Source of the DNA: an uncultured Clostridium sp.
GTDB lineage: Bacteria > Bacillota_I > Bacilli_A > RF39 > UBA660
Direction of reading: 5' to 3'
Assembly: GCA_964490375.1 (NCBI GenBank)
Contig: CAZBAZ010000001.1
Span: 18,690 to 75,438, forward strand
DNA: 56,749 nucleotides
Shown here: piece after piece, positions 47,895 to 56,749 of the stretch
How positions within the stretch are numbered: position 1 is the first letter of the stretch
How the letters are laid out: each line of letters starts with the position of its first letter
Made by a program: the position numbers and the translations under genes
Notes under the pieces: generated by a model
Database searches by the model: none
Seen by the model: only the letters and a program-made list of their open reading frames with translations
What the model was told of the DNA's origin: nothing

Positions 47895-48986
47895 TTAACT
47901 TGCTCCTAAAGTTATTTTTAATGTAGTTTTTGTTGAACCTCTCATAACTTCTAAATCTACTTTATCATTAGGTTCATGCTTGTATAAATAATATCTTAAT
48001 TCTGCTACATTTTTTACATCATATTTTCCTATTTTAACAATAACATCCCCTTTTTGGACTCCAGCTTTATCGCTTGGGCCATTATCTTCTACGCTTACTA
48101 CAATTACTCCAGATGTTATAGAATCATCTATGCTAATTCCCTGTCTTTTTAAATAATATTTTGAAGTACTTATTTCTGCCATACTTATTCCTAAGTATGC
48201 TCTTTTTATTTCTTCTCCTTTTACAATTTTATTAGCATATTCCATAGCATCTTCTATAGGTATTGCAAAACCAATTCCTTCTATTTCTGATTGAACAATT
48301 TTCATCGAGTTAATACCAATTACATCGCCATTTATATTACAAAGAGGACCTCCACTATTTCCTGGATTTATTGCTGCATCTGTTTGCATAACATTCATAA
48401 TCCAATCATTGGTACTTGAACTAACTGATACTTCTACCATTCTATTTTTTCCACTTAATATGCCTCTTGTTACAGTTCCAGCATATGTACTACTCATTGG
48501 TGAACCAATAGTAAATACAGTATCTCCTAATTTAGTTGTTTCATTGTTTCCAATTGATGCTACTTTTGTAACATACTTTTTATCTATTTTTATTACTGCT
48601 ATATCTGCATATTCATCACTACCAATTACAGTTGCAGTTAATGACTCTCCACTCATTGTCGTTACTTTTATTTCTGTAGCATTTTCTATTACATGATGAT
48701 TTGTCATTATATAGCCTTCTTGGTCATAAATAAATCCAGACCCTATTCCACTTAATTTTGAATTACTATAGTTTTCAACAACTACGACAGCATCATAAAT
48801 ATTTTCTATTCCATTTGAAATACCATTATTTTCATTAACAGTAATATTTTTTTCAATGGTATTAGTTGTTCCAACAGAATCAGAAACAAAAATTGGATAA
48901 TGCTGTATTATTAAATACATACTTCCTGCTCCAATAAATAAAGATAAAATAATAATACAAATATTATATGTAATATTCTTTTTCAT
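47895..48986 (-). CDS. htrA: HtrA-family serine protease with PDZ domain
   Basis: TM anchor; TNHHV, DIAV, INPGNSGGPL; PDZ domain. Confidence 0.93.
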   Translation of the reverse strand: MKKNITYNICIIILSLFIGAGSMYLIIQHYPIFVSDSVGTTNTIEKNITVNENNGISNGIENIYDAVVVVENYSNSKLSGIGSGFIYDQEGYIMTNHHVIENATEIKVTTMSGESLTATVIGSDEYADIAVIKIDKKYVTKVASIGNNETTKLGDTVFTIGSPMSSTYAGTVTRGILSGKNRMVEVSVSSSTNDWIMNVMQTDAAINPGNSGGPLCNINGDVIGINSMKIVQSEIEGIGFAIPIEDAMEYANKIVKGEEIKRAYLGISMAEISTSKYYLKRQGISIDDSITSGVIVVSVEDNGPSDKAGVQKGDVIVKIGKYDVKNVAELRYYLYKHEPNDKVDLEVMRGSTKTTLKITLGAS

Positions 48987-48993
48987 ATTTCTC

Positions 48994-49923
48994 CTATTCT
49001 AAGTAAGATATTTGTTTATAATTATCTGGAAATCCCATTCTATAAAGCACTTTTTGTACACTTATACTTCTTAATTTTGATGAAAGCCAATCTATCTCAT
49101 AATCTATTTCATTCATCATCATTTTAAAGTCAGTAAATGTTAATACTTGTTTTAAAATAATAATCAATGCAAATATATCATGTACTCCATAAATATATTC
49201 ATCATCTACTTTAGGTATATTAAGTAAGTTATGGAATCTTGTTTCTTCTATTCCTTTTTGAGTTTCGTGATTAAAAACTATATCTTCATGTGCACAAAGA
49301 TTTCTATAATTAGATAATATTGACAAATAATCTGATAATTCTTCACCTCTTAAATTATAGTAACTAGCAATTTCATCTTTGTCTTCATCTTTAAGTACAG
49401 TATACATTTCGCTCATTAATCCAAAGCTTAATACTTTTACTCCTACCCATAAAGGAATATATCCATAATTATTTATATAGTGACTTGTGGCTTCATGTTG
49501 ATAACCATTTATTCTTATTTGTCTTTTTACTTTTCTTATTAAATCATTTATTTGTCTATTTTTTTCTTTTCCTTTTACAAAGTTATTTGGATTTAAATAA
49601 TCTTTTTCTTTATAACCATATTTCTTACTCATTACATAGCTATATATTGATTTATAGTTGTTTTCTACGATAAGTATGTTCTTAAATATTATATTTCTAA
49701 AGTACCTATCAAATTTAAATAAAGCATATAATTCTTCAAATGTAGCACCATCAACAAACCTTTTTGATCCAGTTACTAAAAATGGTGAGCGATATCCATT
49801 TAGAAAAAAGTAATTTTCTCTTAAAAGTATTTCTTTAGCTTTATCATAGTCTTCTACAATTAAGCCTTTACTTTTTAAAATATCAATTTGTTCTTCAATT
49901 GTTTTAAATACTTTAGCTGACAT
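48994..49923 (-). CDS. Abi_2 (AbiD/AbiF-like) HEPN protein
   Basis: FKTIEEQIDILKSKGL; YF..NGY; FDRYFR; PLWV; SFG; RNLCAH (R-x4-H). Confidence 0.85.
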   Translation of the reverse strand: MSAKVFKTIEEQIDILKSKGLIVEDYDKAKEILLRENYFFLNGYRSPFLVTGSKRFVDGATFEELYALFKFDRYFRNIIFKNILIVENNYKSIYSYVMSKKYGYKEKDYLNPNNFVKGKEKNRQINDLIRKVKRQIRINGYQHEATSHYINNYGYIPLWVGVKVLSFGLMSEMYTVLKDEDKDEIASYYNLRGEELSDYLSILSNYRNLCAHEDIVFNHETQKGIEETRFHNLLNIPKVDDEYIYGVHDIFALIIILKQVLTFTDFKMMMNEIDYEIDWLSSKLRSISVQKVLYRMGFPDNYKQISYLE

Positions 49924-50002
49924 ACTTCACTCTCCCTATGATATAGATTATATCACTTTAGTTACGTTTTTAAAACCAATTTTTATTTTTTTTTACACAA
50001 AG

Positions 50003-50033
50003 AAAAAACTCTATAAAATAATTTATAGAGTTT
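50003..50033 (-). terminator. rplM-rpsI intrinsic terminator
   Basis: aaactctataaa-ataa-tttatagagttt with an A-run on the plus strand (U-tract on the minus strand). Confidence 0.7.
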
Positions 50034-50048
50034 AGTACACAGATAAAA

Positions 50049-50444
50049 TTATCTCTTAGAAAATTGTGGTGCTCTACGTGCTTTTTTAAGTCCATATTTC
50101 TTTCTTTCCTTAATTCTAGCATCACGAGTTACCATTCCATTAGCTTTTAGAACTGGTCTATTTTCTTGATTAGCAAGCATTAAGGCTCTTGTGATACCTA
50201 ATCTAATAGCTCCAGTTTGTCCTGAAAAGCCTCCACCTCTAACTACAATGTTAATATCATATTTGTCTTTAGAATCAACTAGTGCTAATGGTTGTGTTAA
50301 ATCAATTACTAATGTTTCATATGGCATGTAATCTTTAACATCTTTTCCATTAACAGTAATATTTCCTTTTCCAGGAGTTAGTGTTACTTTAGCAACACTT
50401 CTTTTTCTTCTACCTATAGCAGTATATTTATTTTCTTTAGCCAT
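50049..50444 (-). CDS. rpsI: 30S ribosomal protein S9
   Basis: GRRKRSVA, GGGFSGQ, ERKKYGLKKARRAPQFSKR. Confidence 0.99.
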   Translation of the reverse strand: MAKENKYTAIGRRKRSVAKVTLTPGKGNITVNGKDVKDYMPYETLVIDLTQPLALVDSKDKYDINIVVRGGGFSGQTGAIRLGITRALMLANQENRPVLKANGMVTRDARIKERKKYGLKKARRAPQFSKR

Positions 50445-50445
50445 G

Positions 50446-50877
50446 TTACTTTACCTCTAACCTTTCTGGTTTTTGTGCTTCATGTTTATGTTCACTTCCA
50501 GCATAAACAAATAATTGTCTGTAGATTTCTCTTCCTAATCTATTTTTTGGAAGCATACCTTTAACAGCTCTTTCAACCATTTCTACTGGGTATTTCTCTA
50601 CCATTGTTTTAGCATTTCTTTCTCTAAGTCCACCTGGATATCCACTATGATTATAATAAATTTTATCTTCTAGTTTATTTCCAGTTAATTTTACTTTTTC
50701 AGCATTAATAATAATAACGTTATCTCCACAAGCAACATGTGGTGTATATGTAGGTTTATTTTTTCCTCTTAATACGCTAGCAGCTAAAGCAGCAACTTTA
50801 CCTAAAGTTTTTCCTTCAGCATCGATTACATACCACTTATGTTCAACGTCTTCTTTTCTTAACATAAATGTTTTCAT
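50446..50877 (-). CDS. rplM: 50S ribosomal protein L13
   Basis: [33 protein letters not shown]. Confidence 0.99.
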   Translation of the reverse strand: MKTFMLRKEDVEHKWYVIDAEGKTLGKVAALAASVLRGKNKPTYTPHVACGDNVIIINAEKVKLTGNKLEDKIYYNHSGYPGGLRERNAKTMVEKYPVEMVERAVKGMLPKNRLGREIYRQLFVYAGSEHKHEAQKPERLEVK

Positions 50878-50975
50878 AATTTTTTCCCTTCTTTGACTTT
50901 AACACTGATTACATTTGCAACTATAATCATTTCTATCCCACAGAAACTGTGTTTCCATCAAAATGTACCGGAAAT

Positions 50976-51004
50976 ATTATATAAAATGAAATGGCAATTG
51001 TCAA
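50976..51004 (-). promoter_or_regulatory. Consensus sigma-A promoter of rplM-rpsI
   Basis: TTGACA (50999-51004), 17-bp spacer, TATAAT (50976-50981) on the minus strand. Confidence 0.85.
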
Positions 51005-51068
51005 ATGTTTTTGAGTTTTTTTACTTGATTTTACCATTATTTTCGACAATTTTTTCATTTTGGATTTC

Positions 51069-51097
51069 TTGACATATTATTAATATCATTATAAAAT
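51069..51097 (+). promoter_or_regulatory. Sigma-A promoter for the 51122 gene
   Basis: TTGACA 51069-51074, 17-bp spacer, TAAAAT 51092-51097. Confidence 0.65.
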
Positions 51098-51121
51098 ATA
51101 TTATATAATATGGAGGTGAGT

Positions 51122-52159
51122 ATGAAGAACAAAATACCTATAATTATATTATCTATTTTGTTTGTTATTTCTAGTACTTGTACAGTTATAGGCTTTATTA
51201 ACTACAAGGATGAAAATGCTGTAGTTTATGAACCTCCTAAAGATGAAATAGTATATGAATATTATATTGAAGATGCTCTTACTGATAAGTTACCTAGTAA
51301 AGATGATTATCTTTTTTCTAAATTTAATTGTACTGATAATATTAAAGCTGAATTTGATGAAGAAAAATGGAAATTTATACCAGAAGTTAATAAGAAAGCA
51401 ACTTGTCAATTATATTTTGTTAAAAAAGTTTATGAAGCAACAGTTACAGTAAGCAACGGAATTGTTAATGATGAAAGTAATATTAAAACTGTTAATAGAG
51501 AAGATAGTGTTACGTATAGTATTACTCCTAATGAAGGATATGTTTTTGATAGTGCTACTTGTAGTGATAATAAAGATGTGAAATGGGATGCATCAACAAA
51601 TACATTAACAATAGATTCAGTTACTAAAGACGTTGCATGTAAATTAATATTTTCAGTTACTAAACTAAAATTTAATGTTATAGTTGACAAAGAAAGTGGA
51701 ACTGGTAGTGATGAAGGAACTTATAATTATGGTGATTCTGTAACTGCCGTTATTAAGCCTAAAAGTGGTTATGAAGGAAAAGAACCTCAAGTAACATGTT
51801 CAAATAACCAAATTGCAACCTATGATGTTGAAAAATATATTTTATCAATTGAAAAATTAACAAGTGATACAAAATGTAGTGTTAAATTCAAAAAAACTCC
51901 TGTTAAAGTATATACATTTAAATTAATATTAGAAGATGGAATAACAGTAACAACTGGTGGAGATTTAATAAATGGAATTAAGATTTCTGCTGGAAGTGGT
52001 GAAAACTTTACTTTAAAAACTGAAAATGGGAAAGAACCTGTTTTGGATTGTGGAGGAAGACAACCAAGTAGTAAAGAAAAAAAAGACGAAAATACTTACT
52101 ATTATGAATATTTAGATATTGATAGTGATATGACATGTAAGGTAACTAATGGGAAATAA
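51122..52159 (+). CDS. Membrane-anchored extracellular protein with Cys-paired divergent beta-sandwich repeats
   Basis: GGAGG then ATG 51122; N-terminal TM; repeated Y.ITPNEGY/IKPKSGY...C...C units. Confidence 0.65.
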   Translation: MKNKIPIIILSILFVISSTCTVIGFINYKDENAVVYEPPKDEIVYEYYIEDALTDKLPSKDDYLFSKFNCTDNIKAEFDEEKWKFIPEVNKKATCQLYFVKKVYEATVTVSNGIVNDESNIKTVNREDSVTYSITPNEGYVFDSATCSDNKDVKWDASTNTLTIDSVTKDVACKLIFSVTKLKFNVIVDKESGTGSDEGTYNYGDSVTAVIKPKSGYEGKEPQVTCSNNQIATYDVEKYILSIEKLTSDTKCSVKFKKTPVKVYTFKLILEDGITVTTGGDLINGIKISAGSGENFTLKTENGKEPVLDCGGRQPSSKEKKDENTYYYEYLDIDSDMTCKVTNGK

Positions 52160-52232
52160 GTTTTCTTAATTGAAAACTTTTTTTGTTGATAATTTGTTTA
52201 TAAAATGATAAAGTATCAATGAGGAAAAATAT

Positions 52233-53219
52233 ATGTGGAAAATTGGAAATGTTGAAATTAAAAATAGAATAGTTTTTGCTCCCATGGCTGGAATATCTAC
52301 TGAGAGTTTTAGATCAATAATAAAGAGTATGGGTGCAGGTCTTATTTATTCTGAAATGGTAAGTAATATGGGTATTATTTATAATAGTAAAAATACTATA
52401 AATATGTTAAAAATTAATGATGATGAAAGACCAATCAGTATACAAATATTTGGTAGTGATGTTGATAGTTTTGTTAAAGCAAGTAAGTATGTTTGTGAAA
52501 ATGTTAAACCAGATATTATTGATATAAATATGGGTTGTCCTGTCCCTAAGGTTGCTCTTAAATCTCAAGCAGGTAGTGGTTTACTAAAAAATCCACAAAA
52601 AATATATGAAATAGTTAGTGCTGTAGTTAATAGTGTTAATGTGCCAATTACAGTTAAAATTAGAGCTGGATGGAATAATAGTACTATTAATTGTGTAGAA
52701 GTTGCAAAACTTATAGAAAAAGCTGGAGCTTCTGCAATAGCTATTCATCCAAGAACACGTGAACAGGGATATAGTGGGAAAGCTGACTGGAGTTTAATCA
52801 AAGCAGTAAAAGAAAATGTTAATATTCCTGTAATTGGAAATGGTGATATTACAACTATATATGATGCTAAGAGAATGTTAGAAGAAACAGGATGCGATGC
52901 AATAATGATAGGTAGAGCAACTATTGGAAACCCTTGGTTTATACATGAATGTATAGAATATATTGAAAATAATAATATTATAGATGAGCCTACAAATAAA
53001 GAAAGAATAGATATGATGGTATATCACTACGAATTAATAAAAAAAAATGAAGGTGATAAAAAAGCTATTTTAGATATTAAAACACATGCTTTAGCTTATT
53101 TAAAATATATACCACAATCTAAACAATTAAAGACTGAAATTGCTCTTTGCAAAACTGAGGATGAATTCTATAGTTGTGTTAATAAAATCTATAATCATAT
53201 TAATGTGATAAATAAGTAA
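52233..53219 (+). CDS. dusB: tRNA-dihydrouridine synthase B
   Basis: APMAG, IQIFGS, DINMGCP, VTVKIRAG, IHPRT, GNGDI, MIGRA. Confidence 0.95.
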   Translation: MWKIGNVEIKNRIVFAPMAGISTESFRSIIKSMGAGLIYSEMVSNMGIIYNSKNTINMLKINDDERPISIQIFGSDVDSFVKASKYVCENVKPDIIDINMGCPVPKVALKSQAGSGLLKNPQKIYEIVSAVVNSVNVPITVKIRAGWNNSTINCVEVAKLIEKAGASAIAIHPRTREQGYSGKADWSLIKAVKENVNIPVIGNGDITTIYDAKRMLEETGCDAIMIGRATIGNPWFIHECIEYIENNNIIDEPTNKERIDMMVYHYELIKKNEGDKKAILDIKTHALAYLKYIPQSKQLKTEIALCKTEDEFYSCVNKIYNHINVINK

Positions 53220-53297
53220 AAATTATCAAAAGTACCGGTAAATTCTTGTATTACTGGTATTTTTTGTTATATAATAAATGTTAAGGAGGAATAGGAA

Positions 53298-54740
53298 ATG
53301 AGAAAGACTGGATTATTCAAAATAATCATGTTTATACTACTTGGAATAGTGGTAGCTACTTGGATTTTCTCAGCTAGTTATATCAGTAGTGGTGAATTAG
53401 TTGAACTAGGAATGTATAATGTTGGATTCTTTGACTTTTTCCAATTATTATTCGGTTCTTTTGAATTCGAGTACTTCATTCAAATCTTTATCTTATTAGT
53501 TTCTATTGGTGCTCTTTATGGGGTACTTGGTAAGACTGGAAAATATAGAGCTTGGATTGAAAAAATAGCTAATAAAATGAAAGGTTCTGAAGTTATCTTT
53601 CTATTAGCAACAGCTTTTGTTATTGCTTCATTAACATCAGTATTTGATTATGGACTAAGCATGTTTATCTTCTTCCCATTACTAATTAGTGTTATATTAG
53701 CTATGGGTTATGATAAAGTTACAGCTGCTTTAACTACATTCGGTGCTATGTTAGTTGGAACTATTGGTAACACAATTAGTTACAATACAGCAGGAACAAT
53801 AAGTAGTATTTTAAGTACAGAAAGTAGTACTGGAATTTATTTCAAAATAGCTTTATTTGTTTTATCATTAGCTGCATTGTTCTTCTTTTTAGTTAAAGCT
53901 AAAAGAACAAAAATATTAAATAAGAATGCAGATGAAGATATGTTTATTGGTGAGAAATCATCAAATAAATATTCTATTGTACCTATTATAGTAGTATTAT
54001 CAGTATTATTTGTATTAATGGTTATTGGCTGCACTAATTGGTCAAAAGAGTTTAACATTAGTTTCTTTAGTGATTTAAATACTACAATTACTGAAGCTGA
54101 AGTTAAGTTACCACACTTCCATGTTACTACAGATGGAATAGATGCTAAAGTTGAAAAAGTTGCAATTTTTAGTAAATTATTTGGAACTGTATCTGCATTT
54201 GGAGAATGGTATTATTCTGAAATGGCTGTTATGTGTTTACTTGCTTCATTAATTATTGGTGCTTTCTTCAGAATGAAATGGTCAGAAAGACTATCATATA
54301 TGGCTGAAGGTGCTAAAAAGATGTTAGCTCCAGCATTATTAGTTGTATTAAGTTATACAGTTGTATATTTTGCTGGTAATACAATGTTCTATACAACAAT
54401 TGCTAACTTATTATTAAGCATAACAAGTAAATTTAATATTTTCTTTAGTACAATAGTAACTATTATTGGTTCAGCATTACATGTTGATATATTATATGTA
54501 GCAAATTATGTAGTACCTCAATTAGCAGCTCAAGATGTTAATACAACATTAATTGCTATACTTGTTCAAAGTATTTATGGTGTTACAATGTTTGTTGCTC
54601 CAACTAGTGTTGCTGTTATCTTAGGCTTAAGTTATTTAAACATTCCATATAAAGAATGGATTAAGAAAACTTGGAAATTAGTACTTACACTATTTGCAAT
54701 AGTAGTTGTTGTATTAATAGCTGCAATGATAATATTATAA
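53298..54740 (+). CDS. Multi-pass membrane transporter, YfcC/DcuC-like
   Basis: About 12 TM helices; ILAMGYD; GA.LVGTIG; APTS...ILGLSYLNIPYKEW. Confidence 0.6.
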   Translation: MRKTGLFKIIMFILLGIVVATWIFSASYISSGELVELGMYNVGFFDFFQLLFGSFEFEYFIQIFILLVSIGALYGVLGKTGKYRAWIEKIANKMKGSEVIFLLATAFVIASLTSVFDYGLSMFIFFPLLISVILAMGYDKVTAALTTFGAMLVGTIGNTISYNTAGTISSILSTESSTGIYFKIALFVLSLAALFFFLVKAKRTKILNKNADEDMFIGEKSSNKYSIVPIIVVLSVLFVLMVIGCTNWSKEFNISFFSDLNTTITEAEVKLPHFHVTTDGIDAKVEKVAIFSKLFGTVSAFGEWYYSEMAVMCLLASLIIGAFFRMKWSERLSYMAEGAKKMLAPALLVVLSYTVVYFAGNTMFYTTIANLLLSITSKFNIFFSTIVTIIGSALHVDILYVANYVVPQLAAQDVNTTLIAILVQSIYGVTMFVAPTSVAVILGLSYLNIPYKEWIKKTWKLVLTLFAIVVVVLIAAMIIL

Positions 54741-54819
54741 TTGAAGATTTAGAATGGAAATATCCATTCTTTTCTTTTGAATTTCACATTAATATGTTAT
54801 TATTAAATAGGTGATGAGA

Positions 54820-55485
54820 ATGGATACAATGTTATTATTTATAATTATATTTTTACCAATTATTGCACAATTAAAAATAAAAGGTACTTATAGTAAATAT
54901 ATGAAGGTTAAAAATGATAGTGAATTAACTGGAGCAGAGACGGCTAAAATGATTCTTAAAAAGAATGGGCTATCTAATGTTAATGTATATGAAACTAGAG
55001 GAATATTAACAGACTATTATGATCCAAAAAAGAAAATAGTTGTTTTATCTAGTGATATATATAATTCTAAATCTATTTCTTCTATGGCTGTTGCTGCACA
55101 TGAATGTGGCCATGCTATTCAAGATAAAGAAAATTACAAATTTTTAAGATTTAGAAGTGCTTTGGTACCTATTGTTAATTTTACTTCTAGAATTGCTTCA
55201 TTATTTATTATATTTGGTTTTGCATTTGAATTATTAGATTTACTTGATATTGGAATTATCTGCTTATTAGTTGGATTGTTATTTCAATTAGTAACATTAC
55301 CAGTTGAATTTAATGCAAGTGCTAGAGCGAGTGATCAATTAGAAATTAGTGGCATTGTTGCAAAAAAAGAAATAAGTGGAGTAAAACAAGTACTAAGTGC
55401 TGCTGCCTTTACTTATGTAGCAGGATTTATTGCAGAGGCTTTGCAAATATTAAGATTATTATTAATTAGTAGAAATAGAGATTAA
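54820..55485 (+). CDS. Neutral zinc metallopeptidase (YugP-like)
   Basis: LTDYYDP, AAHECGHAIQD, TLPVEFNAS, AAAFTYVA. Start ATG 54820 follows AGGTGA. Confidence 0.9.
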   Translation: MDTMLLFIIIFLPIIAQLKIKGTYSKYMKVKNDSELTGAETAKMILKKNGLSNVNVYETRGILTDYYDPKKKIVVLSSDIYNSKSISSMAVAAHECGHAIQDKENYKFLRFRSALVPIVNFTSRIASLFIIFGFAFELLDLLDIGIICLLVGLLFQLVTLPVEFNASARASDQLEISGIVAKKEISGVKQVLSAAAFTYVAGFIAEALQILRLLLISRNRD

Positions 55486-55579
55486 TTCATTAAAAAAGTA
55501 TATTTATTTTTATTTTAAATATACTTTTTATTTTTGCTTTGTTTCATATAAAAAACTAATCAAAATTGATTAGTTTAAA

Positions 55580-55792
55580 TTATTTTGTATATGGTAATAA
55601 GGCCATATATCTAGCTCTCTTAATTTGAGTAGCAATATGTCTTTGATGCTTAGCACATGCTCCAGTCATTCTTCTAGGTAATATTTTACCTTTTTCATTA
55701 ATGTATTTTAATAAGATAGGAACATCTTTATAATCAACGCTTTTTCCAGCACACATTTGACATATTTTTTTTCTTCTATAAAATTCTGCCAT
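55580..55792 (-). CDS. rpsR: 30S ribosomal protein S18 (zinc-binding form)
   Basis: [25 protein letters not shown]. Confidence 0.98.
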   Translation of the reverse strand: MAEFYRRKKICQMCAGKSVDYKDVPILLKYINEKGKILPRRMTGACAKHQRHIATQIKRARYMALLPYTK

Positions 55793-55804
55793 TTTTAATC
55801 CTCC

Positions 55805-56278
55805 TTAGAATGGTAAATCATTATCACTTAATGATACCTCTTTGTCATAATTTTCATATGGATCTGAAGCAGAAATATCATATTCTGGCATTTGATCAAT
55901 AGGTGCGACTGATGGTGCATCTATATATGCATTGTTCGCAGGTTGGCTTCCACTATTTTCATTTTTTCCACCAACAAATTCTGCATTATCCACTACTATT
56001 TCAGTAACATATCTTTTGCTTCCGTCTTGTGCATCATAACTTCTAGTTTGTACTCTCCCTTCTACGCCAATCATGCTACCTTTTTTGAAAAACTTTGATA
56101 TAAAATCTGCAGTATTTCTAAAAGCAACACATGGCAAGAAATCAGCGTCATATCCACCTTCTTTATTTTTAAAGTTTCTATTTACTGCAACTGTAAAACT
56201 AGCAGTTGAAAATCCAGCACTTGTACTTCTTAATTCAGGATCCCTTGTTAGTCTTCCGACTAAAACAATCTTATTCAT
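55805..56278 (-). CDS. ssb: Single-stranded DNA-binding protein
   Basis: NKIVLVGRLTRDPELR; acidic tail DNDLPF. Confidence 0.98.
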   Translation of the reverse strand: MNKIVLVGRLTRDPELRSTSAGFSTASFTVAVNRNFKNKEGGYDADFLPCVAFRNTADFISKFFKKGSMIGVEGRVQTRSYDAQDGSKRYVTEIVVDNAEFVGGKNENSGSQPANNAYIDAPSVAPIDQMPEYDISASDPYENYDKEVSLSDNDLPF

Positions 56279-56281
56279 TAA

Positions 56282-56572
56282 TTACTCCTCTTCTTCTCTA
56301 ATGATAATATGTCTTAAAATATTCTCATCGATTCTTGCTTTACGGTCAAATTCTTTTACTGCATCAGCAGAAGCTTCAACGTTAAACACATAGTAATTAC
56401 CTCTAAGTTGTTTGTTAATAGGATAAGCTAATTTCTTTTGTCCCATATCTTTAGTGTTATTGATTTTAGCTTTCATATCTGTAAGTACTTTTTCAAATGT
56501 CTTTACAACATCCTTTTGAGTCTTTTCATCAATGTCTGTTTTAACGATAAACATTATCTCATATTTATTCAT
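56282..56572 (-). CDS. rpsF: 30S ribosomal protein S6
   Basis: KYEIMFI, KKLAYPI, ILRH. Start 56572 fits the GGAGG spacing. Confidence 0.97.
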   Translation of the reverse strand: MNKYEIMFIVKTDIDEKTQKDVVKTFEKVLTDMKAKINNTKDMGQKKLAYPINKQLRGNYYVFNVEASADAVKEFDRKARIDENILRHIIIREEEE

Positions 56573-56579
56573 CATTACA

Positions 56580-56620
56580 CCTCCTTTTGGTCTCACGGCT
56601 TCATTAAATGAAGCAAGGAA
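56580..56620 (-). ncRNA. S6:S18 autoregulatory leader RNA
   Basis: Minus strand UUCCUU-GCUUCAU-UUA-AUGAAGC-CGUGAGACCAA-AAGGAGG: the outer stem sequesters the SD, with an inner hairpin and a CCG internal loop, upstream of rpsF. Confidence 0.8.
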
Positions 56621-56638
56621 CTTTTTTAGTTCGAGTGT

Positions 56639-56667
56639 ATTATAGCATAAACATTTTTTTTAAACAA
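56639..56667 (-). promoter_or_regulatory. Extended -10 sigma-A promoter of rpsF-ssb-rpsR
   Basis: TTGTTT, 17-bp spacer, TGcTATAAT on the minus strand. Confidence 0.7.
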
Positions 56668-56749
56668 TATTATTTTTAAAAATTTATTTATTTTATATGA
56701 TTAGTTTATGATAATGTCTTAAGTAATGGCATTTGAAAATGTCTCAAAT

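Noticed and set aside
111-56393. Many short ORF-track entries antisense to or nested in long genes (e.g. 1223-1537, 19891-20262, 24132-24590, 35205-35582, 56073-56393)
   Set aside because: Shadow ORFs of well-supported genes: no RBS, low-information composition, no motifs.
55580-56620. rpsF-ssb-rpsR operon and S6:S18 leader as a novelty
   Set aside because: Well-described conserved arrangement; listed as features only.
1-56749. CRISPR array, tRNA/rRNA, tmRNA near rnr, transposase or integrase
   Set aside because: No regularly spaced direct repeats, cloverleafs, GC-rich RNA-like blocks or DDE/tyrosine-recombinase motifs seen by eye; covariance-model scans would be needed to exclude small RNAs fully.

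Overview
A very AT-rich chromosomal segment from a Firmicute (Bacillota), read with translation table 11. The gene style (short, divergent housekeeping enzymes, many InlB-repeat/DUF6273-type surface proteins, Spo0A present) suggests an uncultured Bacilli lineage such as RF39; that assignment is inference. Most genes are on the minus strand. Housekeeping genes: gap, pgk, tpiA, whiA, ftsEX, prfB, rnr, secA, hpf, csp, rpiB, htrA, rplM-rpsI, dusB and rpsF-ssb-rpsR with its S6:S18 leader RNA. Sporulation genes: spo0A, spoIID and a spoIIQ-like gene. There is a complete agr quorum-sensing locus, including a 38-aa AgrD missed by the ORF track. A CotH-VTC-DUF4956 phosphate-polymer-type operon lies between gap and pgk. 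The most unusual observations are: a 62-aa, 16-Cys metallothionein-like protein; two non-canonical iPGM paralogs (one with Cys at the catalytic Ser, next to spo0A; one lacking all recognisable catalytic motifs); a predicted six-residue CILLLL autoinducing ring; an ASCH/transglutaminase-like fusion; a HopA1-like protein; an Abi_2 HEPN gene embedded in housekeeping context; and a decayed scar behind secA (frameshifted SEC-C motif joined to a frameshifted streptogrisin-like protease fragment). I saw no CRISPR array, tRNA, rRNA or transposase. Family assignments come from motif recognition by eye, not database searches.
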